DNA from: Granulicella sp.
Lineage (GTDB): Bacteria > Acidobacteriota > Terriglobia > Terriglobales > Acidobacteriaceae
Length of the DNA stretch: 64,000 nt
Assembly (NCBI GenBank): GCA_027339965.1
Contig: DAHWNL010000078.1
Location: forward strand, 128,001-192,000
Reading direction: 5' to 3'
In this document: positions 49,360 to 64,000 of the stretch, piece after piece
How positions within the stretch are numbered: the first letter of the stretch is position 1
Layout of the letters: each line of letters opens with the position of its first letter
The notes under the pieces: model-generated
The model's database searches: none
Seen by the model: only the letters and a program-made list of their open reading frames with translations
Told to the model about the DNA's origin: nothing
Translations under genes and position numbers: made by a program

Positions 49360-50034
49360 ATGTCCCGAGGAAGACGAAACCCGGAGCAAGGGATCCCATT
49401 GGCGGAGGAGGAGGAACAGCCCGGGCTTCGGCAGATGCTGAAGTCGGAGAAGACCCGAGCAGGCTTATTGCGCGCGGCGGAGAAGATCTTTGCCCGGGAC
49501 GGCTTTGAGGCTTCGCGCATTGAGGACATTGCCGCCGAAGCCGGCCGTAGCCGCGGAGCCTTTTACGCGAATTTTAAGGGCAAGACCGAAGTGTTTCTTA
49601 CGCTGCGCACGCTGGCGGCACAGCGGCATGCGCGTATGGTGCGGGAGCGCGTACTGGGCCTGCAGGATCAGGAGGCGCGCTATCAGGCCCTGATCGGCTA
49701 CATCGTCGAGCAAATCTACGACACTCAGGCACAGTTATTGCAGATTGAGTTCAAACTCTTCGCTTTGCGCCATCCGAAGATGCAGGCTAGGCTGGCGGAG
49801 ATGCATCTGGAGGCGAGCACCAGGGTGAATGAACAGGAGCTATCTGGCCTGTTTCCCGAAAAGACCGGGCGAGCGGCGGAGATGCGCTGCAGCACGTTGG
49901 AGGTGGAAGCGCTACTGGAGGGATTTGCGCTGAATACCCGCTTCAGTCCCGACGTTCTGGATGAAGCGAGCATTCAGGCGATTGTTCCGCGGTTGATGGC
50001 GCAGATCCTCTCCCGTTCCGAAGCAGAGTCATAG
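49360..50034 (+). CDS. TetR/AcrR family regulator
   Basis: [43 protein letters not shown]; start uncertain. Confidence 0.92.
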   Translation: MSRGRRNPEQGIPLAEEEEQPGLRQMLKSEKTRAGLLRAAEKIFARDGFEASRIEDIAAEAGRSRGAFYANFKGKTEVFLTLRTLAAQRHARMVRERVLGLQDQEARYQALIGYIVEQIYDTQAQLLQIEFKLFALRHPKMQARLAEMHLEASTRVNEQELSGLFPEKTGRAAEMRCSTLEVEALLEGFALNTRFSPDVLDEASIQAIVPRLMAQILSRSEAES

Positions 50035-51879
50035 ACGGCAAATGAGCAACTCGCGCTCATAAATCATCTCGGCGGGCAGATGGTCATGCAGAGCGAGGAA
50101 GAGTTCTTCATGGTCCATGACCTCGCGCAACCAGGCTTTGCGGTCTACCGCTTCCAGTTGGGCAAAGACTGCGGGAGAGATGTTGAGTCCCTCCCAGTGG
50201 ATGTCCTGATAGCGCGGAACCCAGCCGATGGGAGTCTCTCTGCCCTGGGCGCGTCCACGAGCGCGATCGACGATCCACTTCAACACCCGCATATTCTCAC
50301 TGTACCCAGGCCATAGAAACTTGCCATCCTCGTCTTTGAGAAACCAGTTGACCTGGAAGACGCGGGGCGTAATGTTGAGTTGCCGCTGCATGGTGAGCCA
50401 GTGGCGTAAGTAGTCGCCCATGTGATATCCGCAGAAGGGCAGCATGGCCATGGGATCGCGACGGACTTTGCCGACCGCGCCTTCGGCGGCGGCGGTGGTC
50501 TCCGAGCCCATGGTGGCTCCGAGATAGACGCCGGAGGACCAGTTGAACGCTTGCACCACCAAGGGAATGGCAGCAGCGCGTCTTCCTCCAAAGACGAAGG
50601 CGGCGATGGGCACTCCGTCGGGCGACTCCGACGCGGCTAAATCGAACGATGGGCACTGCGAGGCGGGAGCGGTGAAACGGCCGTTGGGGTGCGCGGCGGT
50701 GCGGCCGGTCTGGCGTCCGATCTCCGGAGTCCAGGGCTCGCCCTTCCAGTCGATGCACTCTGCGGGCGGATCATCCGTCATGCCCTCCCACCAGACGCCG
50801 CCCTCCGGGGTAAGGGCCACATTGGTGAAGATGGTATTGCGGCTCAACGTGGCCATTGCGTTGGGATTGGTCTTGACGCTGGTGCCCGGAGCAACGCCAA
50901 AAAAGCCGGTCTCCGGATTGATGCCGCGGATGCGGCCGGTCGCGTCAGGACGAAGCCATGCGATGTCATCGCCCACCGTCCAGGTCTTCCAGCCTTCAAA
51001 TCCTTTGGGCGGAATCAGCATGGCCAGGTTGGTCTTGCCGCAGGCAGAGGGAAATGCCGCTGCCAGATAGGTCTTTTCGCCCACAGGAGACTCCAGCCCG
51101 AGGATAAGCATGTGCTCGGCCATCCAACCTTCATCGCGGGCGATGTTGGTGGCGATGCGCAGGGCAAAGCACTTTTTACCCAACAGCGCGTTGCCGCCAT
51201 AGCCGGAGCCGTAGCTCCAGATCTCTCTGGTCTCCGGGAAGTGAACGATGTACTTGGTGTCGTTTTGCGGCCAGGGAACATCCCGCTGACCAGGCTCCAA
51301 AGGAGCTCCGACGGAGTGCATGCACGGCACCACGCGATGGATGTCCTTATCGATCTCGGCGAACACCGGCAGCCCGATGCGGGTCATGATGCGCATGTTC
51401 ACCACTACATAAGCAGAATCGGTAAGCTGCACGCCGATGCGCGACATGGGTGATCCAATCGGGCCCATGGAGAAAGGCAGAACATACATCGTCCTGCCAC
51501 GCATGCATCCCCGGAAGAGATCCTTGAGTCTCTTGCGCATGGCATAAGGGGCCTCCCAGTGATTGGTAGGTCCTGCGTCGTCTTTGGAGTAAGAGCAGAT
51601 GAAAGTGCGATCTTCCACCCGCGCCACGTCCTTGGGGGACGAGCGAGCCAGATAGCAGCCTGGCCAAAGCTTCTGGTTCAGGCGGATGAACGTACCGGAG
51701 TCAACCAGTTGCTCGCAGAGGCCCTGGTTTTCACCCTCGGACCCGTCTACCCAGTGAATCGCTGCCGGCTGGGTGAGATCAGCCATCTTATCCACCCAGC
51801 GAATCAGGTGAATATTGGTCGATAAGACACGTGTTGCTGTGCGGCGCTGTCGGATAACCGCGTCAGAGATTGTTGCCAT
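50029..51879 (-). CDS. pckG: Phosphoenolpyruvate carboxykinase (GTP)
   Basis: [43 protein letters not shown] and AHPNGRF. Confidence 0.96.
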   Translation of the reverse strand: MATISDAVIRQRRTATRVLSTNIHLIRWVDKMADLTQPAAIHWVDGSEGENQGLCEQLVDSGTFIRLNQKLWPGCYLARSSPKDVARVEDRTFICSYSKDDAGPTNHWEAPYAMRKRLKDLFRGCMRGRTMYVLPFSMGPIGSPMSRIGVQLTDSAYVVVNMRIMTRIGLPVFAEIDKDIHRVVPCMHSVGAPLEPGQRDVPWPQNDTKYIVHFPETREIWSYGSGYGGNALLGKKCFALRIATNIARDEGWMAEHMLILGLESPVGEKTYLAAAFPSACGKTNLAMLIPPKGFEGWKTWTVGDDIAWLRPDATGRIRGINPETGFFGVAPGTSVKTNPNAMATLSRNTIFTNVALTPEGGVWWEGMTDDPPAECIDWKGEPWTPEIGRQTGRTAAHPNGRFTAPASQCPSFDLAASESPDGVPIAAFVFGGRRAAAIPLVVQAFNWSSGVYLGATMGSETTAAAEGAVGKVRRDPMAMLPFCGYHMGDYLRHWLTMQRQLNITPRVFQVNWFLKDEDGKFLWPGYSENMRVLKWIVDRARGRAQGRETPIGWVPRYQDIHWEGLNISPAVFAQLEAVDRKAWLREVMDHEELFLALHDHLPAEMIYERELLICRL

Positions 51880-52388
51880 CCTCTTCCTCCGGTGCCCAAC
51901 GAATCCTCAGAGAGGGTTGAATTCGGTGCGCGAATGAACTCCATTGAGATTTATAGTCCTTATGATAGGAGTTACGCCTGTGAGCGTAAGGGAATGGGGG
52001 GATGCCATGGCGATAACCGGCTACCAGCAGAGATGTCCCACGACCCAAGGGGCATCAGCGGAACGATCTTGAGGGTCAGGGGTTGAATCGAATCAACCGG
52101 AAGGGATACCAAGCCGGCGAACGTCTCGAACTCTCGATTGCATGCAGATCGCTTTTGCCGGTACACTTGCGAGAGAGCGAGCAGAGACCTCACCGTCAGG
52201 GAAGGTCTACTCTATCCTCGGCGAACCTCGGGTTCCGGGGGTCCGGGAGGGTTCCGGGAGGGTTCCATCTTCGACTCCAGGAAGCCTTGAAAGAACCAAC
52301 GATGCTCCTACCCGGGTGGTGCTTGACGAAAAGTCCGGCACAATCCGTCGGATCTGGGAGGATCATAGGAGCGTTTGTGGGTTACGTT

Positions 52389-52480
52389 GGAGAGTTGGCA
52401 GAGCCCGGTTGAATGCACCTGACTCGAAATCAGACATAGTCGCAAGGCTATCGGGGGTTCGAATCCCTCACTCTCCGCCA
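52389..52480 (+). tRNA. tRNA-Ser(CGA)
   Basis: GGAGAGT...ACTCTCC-G-CCA acceptor stem; anticodon loop CTCGAAA; long variable arm ATAGTC-GCAA-GGCTAT; GGTTCGAATCC T-loop. Confidence 0.95.
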
Positions 52481-52861
52481 TCATTTCTTTTCATAAAGTG
52501 CAGGCGGGCTGGCGATCCGGTGGGGTGATCGGTCGGTTCGGCAGGTCAGATCCCGGCTTCTTGCATGCAATTGAGCAGCTTACCCAAAACGCAAGGCAAG
52601 CACCTGCGGATGCAGGCCCGGGAAGGGCCGACGAGACCGTCGCTCTCTGGCTCTGCGTCACGGCGCCTTTGAGCATCAAGCTTGGATGGGGCGTTGCGGC
52701 CCTGATAGGTGCGGAGAAGTTGCTGCCGCGGCCTTCAACAGATCGCCCTTCCATGAAGAGCGAGATAGAGGGAGGAATCTACTGCAAGGCGAGGAATTCG
52801 CCGGCGCACAAGGGACACGCCAAGATGGCGGCTAGGCGCCACCTAAGAAGTTAAAACTGGA

Positions 52862-53311
52862 TCAACCCTTCCCTGCTAAAGCGTTCCTATGAGCCACACT
52901 GGCCAGCTTTGCCTCCGCCACGCGGATGACGGCGTTGGCTTTGTCGTACTTCTCCGGGTCATCCCCAGCCTGCTCCCACAGTTCGGCTCCGTGGCGCAAC
53001 TCCGCCTGGGCCTGTTCGGGATCGATCTCGTTCAACGGCACGGCGACTTCCGCCAGGATCGTGACCCGCTCGGGCAGAACTTCCGCACACCCCCAGGCCA
53101 CGAAGAAGATCTGCTCACCCGCTGATCCGCCATGCAGACGGACCTCGCCAGAACCCAGCTCGGCCAACAGCGGAGCGGCGCCGTAAAGCGTCTCCAAGTA
53201 GCCGGACATCGAGGGTAGCTCAACCGCCTCCGCGGACGCATCCAGCAGCACGCGATCCGGCGTCACCAGACGGACGGCAAGCAGCCCCGCATTTGTTCCA
53301 ACCTCAGCCAT
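52862..53311 (-). CDS. atpC: ATP synthase F1 epsilon subunit
   Basis: VRLVTPDR...VELP...VTILAE; position after atpD. Confidence 0.92.
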   Translation of the reverse strand: MAEVGTNAGLLAVRLVTPDRVLLDASAEAVELPSMSGYLETLYGAAPLLAELGSGEVRLHGGSAGEQIFFVAWGCAEVLPERVTILAEVAVPLNEIDPEQAQAELRHGAELWEQAGDDPEKYDKANAVIRVAEAKLASVAHRNALAGKG

Positions 53312-53468
53312 GTTTTGTCTGCCCTCTACGATCTGCCATCCAACGCCCGGAGTTTGCTGAAAACACGGCATCGGACGGGAAGCTCTTCGATTCCATCGCG
53401 TTTCTCGGGTTACCGTTGCATGATGTGCTGCGCCTCGCCCCTGCTGTGAACGCACCCTCAGGTCAAGG

Positions 53469-54965
<1,497 letters not shown>

Positions 54966-56057
54966 TCAAAGCGCTGCCGCGCCGCTGACAATCTCAATAA
55001 TCTCTTTGGTAATGGCCGCCTGCCGCGCGCGGTTCATGGTGAGCGAGAGCTGATCGATCAACTCTTCCGCATTCTTGGTGGCGGCATCGGTGGCCGTCAT
55101 GCGCGCCGCGTGTTCCGCTGCAATGGACTCCAGCACAGCGTGGAAGATCTGGGTGGTAACGTAGCGCGGCATCAAAAAGCGGAAGATGCGGTCCGGCGCT
55201 TGATCGAAGATGTAGTCAACGTTTGCTGTGCCGAACAGCTTGGCCTCCCGCTCATAGACCGACTCCTCAGGGAGCGTGATGGACACACCTGACTTCCTGG
55301 CTGCCCTACCGGCAGCCTCCTTCTGCTCCTCGGTCATCTCCTCCATCACCGTCATCTCGTGAGAGCCGAGCTTGCGGATGGGGAGAAGTTTTTCCACCAC
55401 AACCCGCTGTGAGATGACCGACTTGAACTCGTTGTAGACGATGTAGACGGAGTCAATCTCTGCGCTACCGTAACGCGCAATGATGGAGTCCGTCATGGCC
55501 GCAATCTCGGAGATATTGGCCTTCACCAGCAGCGTTGGGTGCTCGGCGGCTATTTCAACGGGCGCAGCGCGGTGCCGGATCTCTTCAATATGCCGCGCCA
55601 GATCGTTGTCATAGCGATCCTCCTTGTGCTCGTAGACCGCCATCGGCACGCTCTTCTTGTACAACGTGATAGCCTTTTTCCCAATCGGCTCCAGATCGAC
55701 GTTCTGGCCCATCGCGAGCCTCTCCTGGATGAACCGCTGCGCCGCCTTGCCGATGTTCGCGTTGAAGCCGCCGGCGAAGCCTTTGTCACCCGCGATAACC
55801 AGCACAAGCACGTTCTTCTCCGCGCGCTCCATGAGCAGCGGGTGCACGATCTCGCCGGTCTCTTCGTTATACAGGTTGCTGCGCCGCACCACCGAATCCA
55901 GAACACTGGCCAGCATCTGCGCATAGGGACGCGCCTGCAATGCGTGCTCTTGAGCGCGGCGCAGTTTGGCCGCCGAAACCATCTTCATGGCCTTGGTGAT
56001 CTGCCGCGTATTCTTCACGCTGCGGATTCGCCGCCGTAGATCCAGTACGTTTGCCAT
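54966..56057 (-). CDS. atpG: ATP synthase F1 gamma subunit
   Basis: ITKAMKMVSAAKL...NRARQAAITKEIIEIVSGA. Confidence 0.97.
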   Translation of the reverse strand: MANVLDLRRRIRSVKNTRQITKAMKMVSAAKLRRAQEHALQARPYAQMLASVLDSVVRRSNLYNEETGEIVHPLLMERAEKNVLVLVIAGDKGFAGGFNANIGKAAQRFIQERLAMGQNVDLEPIGKKAITLYKKSVPMAVYEHKEDRYDNDLARHIEEIRHRAAPVEIAAEHPTLLVKANISEIAAMTDSIIARYGSAEIDSVYIVYNEFKSVISQRVVVEKLLPIRKLGSHEMTVMEEMTEEQKEAAGRAARKSGVSITLPEESVYEREAKLFGTANVDYIFDQAPDRIFRFLMPRYVTTQIFHAVLESIAAEHAARMTATDAATKNAEELIDQLSLTMNRARQAAITKEIIEIVSGAAAL

Positions 56058-56089
56058 TCGCCCCTATGCTCGCTGTTGCGCGTCTGCTG

Positions 56090-57739
<1,650 letters not shown>

Positions 57740-58288
57740 CTATGCTCCCGCCTCAATAAGGCGACTCTTTAGCTGGAGCAGTTGTCCGCGAATCGATCCG
57801 TCGTAGACCTTGGAGCCTATCGTAATGACGGCTCCGCCAAGCAACGCCCGATCTTCCCGGTAAGTTGCGCGCACCCGCCGCTGACCGGTCAGATTTGCAA
57901 TCTTCTCCTCCAGCAGCTTGCGGTTGTCATGGTCCAGCGGCAGAGCGCTGACGACATCGGCCTCCGCAATCCCAGCTTCCTGCTCCGCCAGGGCGGCATA
58001 AGCGAGCAGCATGCCACGCAGATCCTCCAGGCGATGGTGATGGATCACCACGGCCAGAAAGTTGCGCGAGGCAGTCTCCAGGCCCAGCTTGACGGCCAAT
58101 CCGTCCAACACTTTGAGTTTCTGTCCCTCCGGAATGGAAGGATCCTCCAGCGCTTGACGAAGCTCCGAACTCCGCTCAAGCGTGTCGGCGAAGTCATTCA
58201 ACTGGCCCTGCACCGCCGCCCAGTTCAGCTTCCGTTCCGCGACAACGGCAGCCAGAGCGCGCGCGTAGCGAAGATCGATTGCCGCCAT
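57740..58288 (-). CDS. atpH: ATP synthase F1 delta subunit
   Basis: RYARAL...LLGGAVITIGSKVYDGS. Confidence 0.95.
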   Translation of the reverse strand: MAAIDLRYARALAAVVAERKLNWAAVQGQLNDFADTLERSSELRQALEDPSIPEGQKLKVLDGLAVKLGLETASRNFLAVVIHHHRLEDLRGMLLAYAALAEQEAGIAEADVVSALPLDHDNRKLLEEKIANLTGQRRVRATYREDRALLGGAVITIGSKVYDGSIRGQLLQLKSRLIEAGA

Positions 58289-59064
58289 CAGCGGTTGCTC
58301 CCTTCACCCAGCTTGAGAGCAAAACTCTCCACCAGCCGACGGTCGACCTCGGCAGACACAACCAGTTTGCGCTCAGCCTGCGCGATGGCCAACTCGGCGC
58401 CGTAGCGTTGCAGCTCGCGGCGTGCGGAGTTGGTTGCGCTTTGAATCTCGGCTTCAGCTGCGGCCAGGATCTTCTCCTTCTCCTCTTCCACTCCGGCCTT
58501 GATCGACTGCTCATCCTGGCGACTGTCAGCCTCCACCCGCAGGCGAATCGCCTCAATCTCGGCATCCAATCTCGACAGCCTGTCTTCCACCGACCGGAGC
58601 CGAGCCGCGGCCTCCTCAGTGACGGTTCGCGCCTCCGTCAATCGCGCCTGAATGGCCGCGTTGCGGCGGCGGAAGGCCGCCGGCAGCAGCTTGAGAAGAC
58701 CGTACCCAATCCCGGATCCGAGCAACAGAAGATTGATGATCTCAAAGAGGTGGGAAGCGGCCTCTGGCTTCATACCGAGCATCGCGCCGAGCTTCACCAC
58801 GGGCGGTGAAAGCCAATATTGATCGATATCGCCGGAGGAAGAAGAAGGATTGCTCGAAGAGGCTGATCCGGAGTTGGCAGCTGCGGAGCGATCCTGCCCG
58901 ATTGTGACGACCTGGGTCGCAGCCGGGGCAGCCCGCCCCGTCGAGGTCTGGGCGCTCAGCGAGCCGGCCACTGACACCAGCAGCATGAGACCAAGGGCAG
59001 CCTTCTGCGAGCAGCGTCTGGCTACTGGAAGAGCGGATAATTCAAGACCAGAATGACGTTTCAC
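58288..59064 (-). CDS. atpF: ATP synthase F0 subunit b (N-terminally extended)
   Basis: TM helix then coiled coil (RRNAAIQARLTEA...); operon position. Confidence 0.85.
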   Translation of the reverse strand: MKRHSGLELSALPVARRCSQKAALGLMLLVSVAGSLSAQTSTGRAAPAATQVVTIGQDRSAAANSGSASSSNPSSSSGDIDQYWLSPPVVKLGAMLGMKPEAASHLFEIINLLLLGSGIGYGLLKLLPAAFRRRNAAIQARLTEARTVTEEAAARLRSVEDRLSRLDAEIEAIRLRVEADSRQDEQSIKAGVEEEKEKILAAAEAEIQSATNSARRELQRYGAELAIAQAERKLVVSAEVDRRLVESFALKLGEGSNR

Positions 59065-59525
59065 TGACGAGCCTCCGTGAAGCCGGGGCCGGACGGAAGC
59101 ACCCTACGCAAAATCTGGTCGCTCAGCAACGCAGCCGACTCCTCCATCTGCCGGCGCACACCCTCGGTCATGCCTTCGATCTCCTGCCGGGCGAGAAGGA
59201 TCCGCTCCTGCGCTGCGGCACGGGCAGCCTCCATCGCCTGATCGCGCTCTGTCTGCCAATGCTGGCGTCTTCTTTCCCGCTCGGCCATCAACTCATTACG
59301 GGCAAGGCGCAGCTTTGCTTCGTATTCGGCGACCTTGGCCTCGGCTGCCTCCATCGCCTCACCTGCTTTTTCCACCGCCCCTGCGGTTCGGGCATGGCGT
59401 TCCGCCAGAGTCTTCTCCAGGGGCTTTCTCACCAGCGGCCCATAGGCTGCTACCAGCAAAAGGAAGAAGATCATGGTCGGCACGGAGCCAAGCACAAGAC
59501 CGCCAAGTTGATGCAATATGTCCAT
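59061..59525 (-). CDS. ATP synthase F0 subunit b'
   Basis: TM helix, KPLEKTLAERHART, coiled coil; operon position. Confidence 0.85.
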   Translation of the reverse strand: MDILHQLGGLVLGSVPTMIFFLLLVAAYGPLVRKPLEKTLAERHARTAGAVEKAGEAMEAAEAKVAEYEAKLRLARNELMAERERRRQHWQTERDQAMEAARAAAQERILLARQEIEGMTEGVRRQMEESAALLSDQILRRVLPSGPGFTEARQ

Positions 59526-60080
59526 GAGATTCCGAATTCTTCCATAGGCGCAGGCCCCCACCGCTTCCTGCAAGCGAATCAGGCCGACATCCCCGCAGCC
59601 GAGGAGCTCGAGCAAACTCTCTCAATTGTTCAAATTTCTTTCCCTTCCTTTGTAGCAAATCTGGCCTTTGAAAGTCTAGGATCGGCGAAAAGGAAATCCT
59701 GGCAGGTGAGCGCGTGGCCGCGCGCTCCACTTGATGAGGGTTGGCGCAAGAACAAGGTCGGAGAGCGGCAGCGCGCGAACCTCTGCTTGCCTTTGTTGTT
59801 CTCTTTCCACATTGTCAGCTGCGTCGCATGGCGGCTGGCTTCCGTTGGCTGGCAGCCACGCCCGGCTGGGGCTGCGCCTGCCGTGCAACCGTAGCCCGTC
59901 TTTTGAATCAGCCTATAATCGCCAGATTTTCTTTTCGCCAGACCGGCTGCGGGAGTACACTAGATACACCATCCTGAGACCCACTCCGGGTCGTGCAGGC
60001 CGCGTGATCTGGGGACATTACCTCCGCTCCCCAGTCAGGCGGCCTTGCAGCATTGAAGCTCAAGAATCGGGAACGTCCGC

Positions 60081-61610
60081 CTACCTGGAATCGCTCCGAT
60101 ACACGCGATAGCGCTCCAGCAGAGAGCTTGGTCCGACGACCTGTACATAAGCCAGGTTCTCCTCAAACCGCTGACCGGTGATCGTGGCTCCCCTCTCTAA
60201 CGCAGCGATCACCCGTCCCTCCGATTGCGGGATGCAAAACTCGGCAGTTTGCAGAGGATCGGCGATCAGGATCTCATCGATGGCATCGAGCAGCCCCTCC
60301 AGACCCGCGCCCGTGAGCGCAGAGACGGCGATCACCGCAGAGCGCTGTTTATCCCAGCTCGGCACAGAGCCTGGCGGAAGCAAGTCGATCTTGTTGAAAA
60401 CATACAGGCTCGGCTTGTCCCTAACCCCCAGTTCGCAGAGCACCGCCTCCACCTGCGAGCGCTGCTCCTCCAGGTTTGGACTGGCTGCATCCTGAACATG
60501 CAGCAGGAGTTCCGCACGCTCAACCTCCTCCAGGGTAGCCCGGAAGCTGGTCACCAACCCATGAGGAAGATTGCGGATGAATCCCACGGTATCGGAGAGC
60601 AGCACCTTACGCCGAGAAGGCAAGTTGAGTTGCCGCAGCTTGGGATCCAGCGTGGCGAACATGCGTTCGGAGGCGATCACTTCTCCTCCTGTCAAAGTAT
60701 TGAAAAGAGTAGATTTACCGGCGTTAGTATAGCCCACCAAAGCCACCGTGGGGATGGGTGCCGCCGCGCGCCGGCCGCGTTGCTGGCGGCGGATTCGGCG
60801 CACCGCCTCCAGTTGCTGCCGGATGCAGTCCAGGCGCAGATGAATCTTTCGCCGATCCGTCTCAAGCTGGGTCTCGCCTGGACCTCGTGTCCCGATGCCT
60901 CCTCCAGTCCGGGACATGGTCTTTCCCCGGCCGGCAAGCCTGGGCAACTGATATTCGAGCTGGGCCAACTCGACCTGCAACTGCCCTTCGCGTGTCCGGG
61001 CATGGCGCGCAAAGATATCCAGGATCAACTGAGTCCGGTCAATCGCCGTACAAGGCAGGCGGGATTCGATATTGCGCGCCTGAGTAGGCGTCAGATCGTG
61101 ATCAAAGAGCACGAGGCTGGCGCCAGTGGAGGCTACCGTAGCGACAATCTCGTGCAGCTTTCCGCTGCCCACCAAAGTGGCGGGATCAGGCCGGGAGCGG
61201 CGCTGGATGAGCACGGAGGCAATGGTGGCGCCGGCCGAGCGGGCCAGCTCCTGGAACTCGGCTAGGGATGCATCAAAGTCACGATCCGATGCGCTCAGGG
61301 AAGCCGGCCTGGGGCTGCTGGACGGCTGGGCGGATTCTGACGGAAGATTCAGAGAGTCTTGGCAGGCATCCGGGTTTTCTTCTTCCGCAACCCAACTACC
61401 CCGCTCCGAGATCGCTGCCGCTTGGCGAGCCTGCTTAGCAGCAGTCGAGGGGCGAAAACGATCGGAGGTGAACTCCACGGCGACCAGAACGGCCCTCTCG
61501 CGCGAGGCCTTTTGGCGGGAGCGCAGAAGACTGCGCTCCAAGGCTTCTCGGGCTTCTCGGCTGGCTTGAAGCTTGAACCCCGGACTCTTGAACCCCACTG
61601 TCATGGCCAC
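60081..61610 (-). CDS. hflX: GTPase HflX
   Basis: [43 protein letters not shown] and NKID. Alternative ATG at 61604. Confidence 0.96.
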   Translation of the reverse strand: MAMTVGFKSPGFKLQASREAREALERSLLRSRQKASRERAVLVAVEFTSDRFRPSTAAKQARQAAAISERGSWVAEEENPDACQDSLNLPSESAQPSSSPRPASLSASDRDFDASLAEFQELARSAGATIASVLIQRRSRPDPATLVGSGKLHEIVATVASTGASLVLFDHDLTPTQARNIESRLPCTAIDRTQLILDIFARHARTREGQLQVELAQLEYQLPRLAGRGKTMSRTGGGIGTRGPGETQLETDRRKIHLRLDCIRQQLEAVRRIRRQQRGRRAAAPIPTVALVGYTNAGKSTLFNTLTGGEVIASERMFATLDPKLRQLNLPSRRKVLLSDTVGFIRNLPHGLVTSFRATLEEVERAELLLHVQDAASPNLEEQRSQVEAVLCELGVRDKPSLYVFNKIDLLPPGSVPSWDKQRSAVIAVSALTGAGLEGLLDAIDEILIADPLQTAEFCIPQSEGRVIAALERGATITGQRFEENLAYVQVVGPSSLLERYRVYRSDSR

Positions 61611-61991
61611 CTGATCGCATCTTCAACCCTGCCGAGCAGCTCGAAACGGGCGGGCGGGAGCGGATCTTCCCCGGCCTCATCTGCCGGAGCTCGGCTGCGT
61701 CGCCCGGTAAAGGTATGGAAGACGCCGCCCCTGGAACGTACGGCTTGGGACGATCCCGGCAGGGGCGATACCCACGCGGAAGACACTCTCGACTTCTCCC
61801 GCTCTCCGCTTACTCTGCGCTCTCCAGCGCCTGCCGCACAATCGCCGGCCGTCAGCGCCGAGTTCGCTCCCGACGGCAGACTGCGCAACCATCCCCGCCC
61901 CACGGACCGGCGGATATCCTTGGGTGAGATTTCGCGCTTTCGCTTGAGCGGCGATGGTCCAGAACCAACTGCGGATGACAGGGGCGCGGAT

Positions 61992-62294
61992 CTAACTGTT
62001 CGCAGTTCCTGTTGTGGGCTGCGGATTCTCCGGATGGTGGGGTGCAATGGAGCGGCTCTCGCCGCGCATCTCTGCACTTACCCCTGGCCGGCCGCTCACC
62101 ACCGTCGAGATAGCATGTTTGAAGATCAACTGCTCCTGAAAGTTGTTCTCCAGCAGAACCGAGTATTTATCAAAGGAACGGATCTTGCCGGTCAGCTTCA
62201 CGCCGCTGACCAGATAGATCGTAATGGGGCTTTTGTCCTTGCGGACCGTATTCAGGAATGTGTCCTGAATATTCTGTGCCGGCTTGGAATCCAT
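61992..62294 (-). CDS. hfq: RNA chaperone Hfq
   Basis: QNIQDTFLN...[11 protein letters not shown]...FKHAISTV. Confidence 0.96.
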   Translation of the reverse strand: MDSKPAQNIQDTFLNTVRKDKSPITIYLVSGVKLTGKIRSFDKYSVLLENNFQEQLIFKHAISTVVSGRPGVSAEMRGESRSIAPHHPENPQPTTGTANS

Positions 62295-62467
62295 GGGCCG
62301 ATCTCCTCGTATCATCGCACTCAACCATTCTCTTAAACATTCCGCGCCAAAAGCTCGCGGTCGAACCCTGCAGTCAAACAGACTTGCATCCTTCACGTTA
62401 AACGGCTTGTACCCTTTCTTACAAGGGCATCGAAGATCGAACCGTTCCGCCCGGGCGGAGATTTACG

Positions 62468-63643
62468 ATGGATGAGATGAGCCAGACCGATTCCCAGCCA
62501 AACCTGATTGCGGTTCCGATGCTTGACTTCCGGCGAGAGTTCGAGGAGATCCGTGAGGAGGTTCTGGCGGCGATTACGAGTGTATGTGAGTCCCAGCGCT
62601 TTATTCTGGGGCCGGAGGTGGCTCGGTTTGAAGAAGAGGCGGCCCTGGCCTGCCAGGTTCCGTTTGCGGTGGGTTGCGGCAGCGGCACCGATGCGCTGTG
62701 GCTGGCGCTGGCGGCCCTGGGGATTGGGCCCGGAGATGCGGTGATCACGACGCCGTTCAGCTTCTTTGCGACAGTGAGCGCCATTCTGCGGGCTGGGGCC
62801 AGGCCGATTCTGGCGGATATCGATGAGAGGACGTTGAATCTATCTGCCGACAGCGTGGAGGAGACGCTAGCCCGGACGCGGGAGCGGGCAGCCTGCGTGA
62901 TGCCGGTGCATCTCTATGGGCAGTGCGCGGATATGACGGCGCTGGGAGCGCTACGGGAACGGAGGGGGCTGAAGCTGGTGGAGGATGCGGCGCAGGCCTT
63001 TGGAGCCACCTGGGAGGGGGTTCGAGCCGGTGGATTGGGCGATGCGGCGGCCTTCAGCTTTTATCCCACCAAGAATCTGAGCGCGTTTGGAGACGCCGGC
63101 ATGGTGACGACGCGCGACGCCAATACCGCGGAGAGGGCTGCTGTGTTGCGGGTCCATGGAATGCGCAGACGGTACTATCACGACGAGGTGGGCTGGAACT
63201 CTCGGCTGGACGCCCTGCAGGCCGCGGTTCTACGGGTGAAGCTGCGGCGAGTGGAGGCGGGAAACCAGCGGCGGCGAGCGCTGGCCGCTCTCTATCAGGA
63301 GCGATTCATGAAAGCCGGGCTGGTGGGCGCGACGACGAAGGATGGAGTCGTACTTCCCTTCACCGATCCGCGCGGGGTTCCTGTGTTCCATCAGTATGTG
63401 ATTCGCGCTCCAAGGCGGGACGAGCTGCGCGAGCGCCTGAGCGCGCAGTCGATCGGCTCAGAGGTGTATTACCCGCTGCCCTTGCACCTGCAGAAGAGTT
63501 TGGAGGGGCTGGGCTATCGGTTGGGAGACCTGCCGCGGAGCGAGCAGGCGGCAACGGAGGTTTTGGCGCTGCCCATCTATCCCGAACTGCGGATGGAGGA
63601 GTTGGAGAGCGTGGTGGAGGCTGTGCGCCGGTTCTACGCCTGA
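62468..63643 (+). CDS. DegT/DnrJ/EryC1/StrS family PLP aminotransferase
   Basis: SGTDAL, PVHLYGQ, EDAAQA, FSFYPTKNL and GWNSRLD. Confidence 0.95.
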   Translation: MDEMSQTDSQPNLIAVPMLDFRREFEEIREEVLAAITSVCESQRFILGPEVARFEEEAALACQVPFAVGCGSGTDALWLALAALGIGPGDAVITTPFSFFATVSAILRAGARPILADIDERTLNLSADSVEETLARTRERAACVMPVHLYGQCADMTALGALRERRGLKLVEDAAQAFGATWEGVRAGGLGDAAAFSFYPTKNLSAFGDAGMVTTRDANTAERAAVLRVHGMRRRYYHDEVGWNSRLDALQAAVLRVKLRRVEAGNQRRRALAALYQERFMKAGLVGATTKDGVVLPFTDPRGVPVFHQYVIRAPRRDELRERLSAQSIGSEVYYPLPLHLQKSLEGLGYRLGDLPRSEQAATEVLALPIYPELRMEELESVVEAVRRFYA

Positions 63644-64000
63644 GAGGGGCAGCGGGCGAATGGAGATATTGCCGCAAAGGGCGCGGCATCCGCCGCTGGA
63701 GTTCGAGGCCGAGGCGCAACTCTCGCAGTGGACAGCTTCGGCTGCCAGAGTGCTGACGAGGCTGCGCCGCGGAAAAGAAGGCAAATATTCCGCTTGATCC
63801 GGTCCTTGTAGATTGATCCGCGTACGACGCTGATTGCGAAAGTTGGGCCTGCAGGCGGTTGCGTTGCGAAGCCGCCAGCTATCACAGGGGCTTGGCGGGC
63901 GTTGGCTCTCGGGGAACGCGATCTCTATTGATGGACACAAGGGGCCATAGACGTCCACATCCTCTCCGAAGCGTCGCTGGCGAGCAGCAACGCTCCAGGA

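Noticed and set aside
52389..52480. tRNA-Ser as integration site of the accessory region
   Set aside because: No integrase and no duplicated tRNA 3' end seen in the window; flanking genes are housekeeping.
61611..61991. ORF or RNA in the 380-bp hfq-hflX gap
   Set aside because: Overlapping low-complexity ORFs with no recognisable family; cannot be supported by eye.
63644..64000. Gene fragment at the window end
   Set aside because: No frame gives a recognisable protein.

Overview
This is a GC-rich bacterial window. Its gene content points to an Acidobacteria (Terriglobia-like) chromosome (inference): a split atp operon, DUF4136/DUF4292 proteins and an SBBP/Ig surface protein with a GCGG tail. 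Bases 1-22 kb form a redox-rich accessory region. It holds two tandem Cyc2-like cytochrome-porin genes (the second has an in-frame TAG), IS1595/IS3/IS66 relics and an orphan HipA-like kinase. It also holds a tightly coupled 7-gene operon: DAHP synthase, hydrazine-synthase-alpha-like heme protein, CRTAC1/ASPIC-UnbV protein, YVTN propeller-cytochrome c peroxidase fusion, Reg_prop propeller, Hyg5/FkbO-like Rid protein and a duplicated periplasmic binding protein. A tetraheme cytochrome/NrfC/NrfD module follows, with a perfect CRP/FNR-type box upstream. Bases 22-52 kb carry glucan phosphorylase, two DUF4136 genes, a GH27 glycosidase, a 1953-aa surface protein, a complete 2.68-kb IS1-like element with three cargo genes and a 5-bp target duplication, a GGGFH-repeat protein, a TetR-RND efflux system and PEP carboxykinase. 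Bases 52-64 kb are housekeeping: tRNA-Ser(CGA), atpF'FHAGDC, hflX, hfq and a DegT aminotransferase. The best candidate for an undescribed system is the hydrazine-synthase-like operon coupled to chorismate-branch enzymes. All family assignments come from motif recognition by eye; no searches were run.
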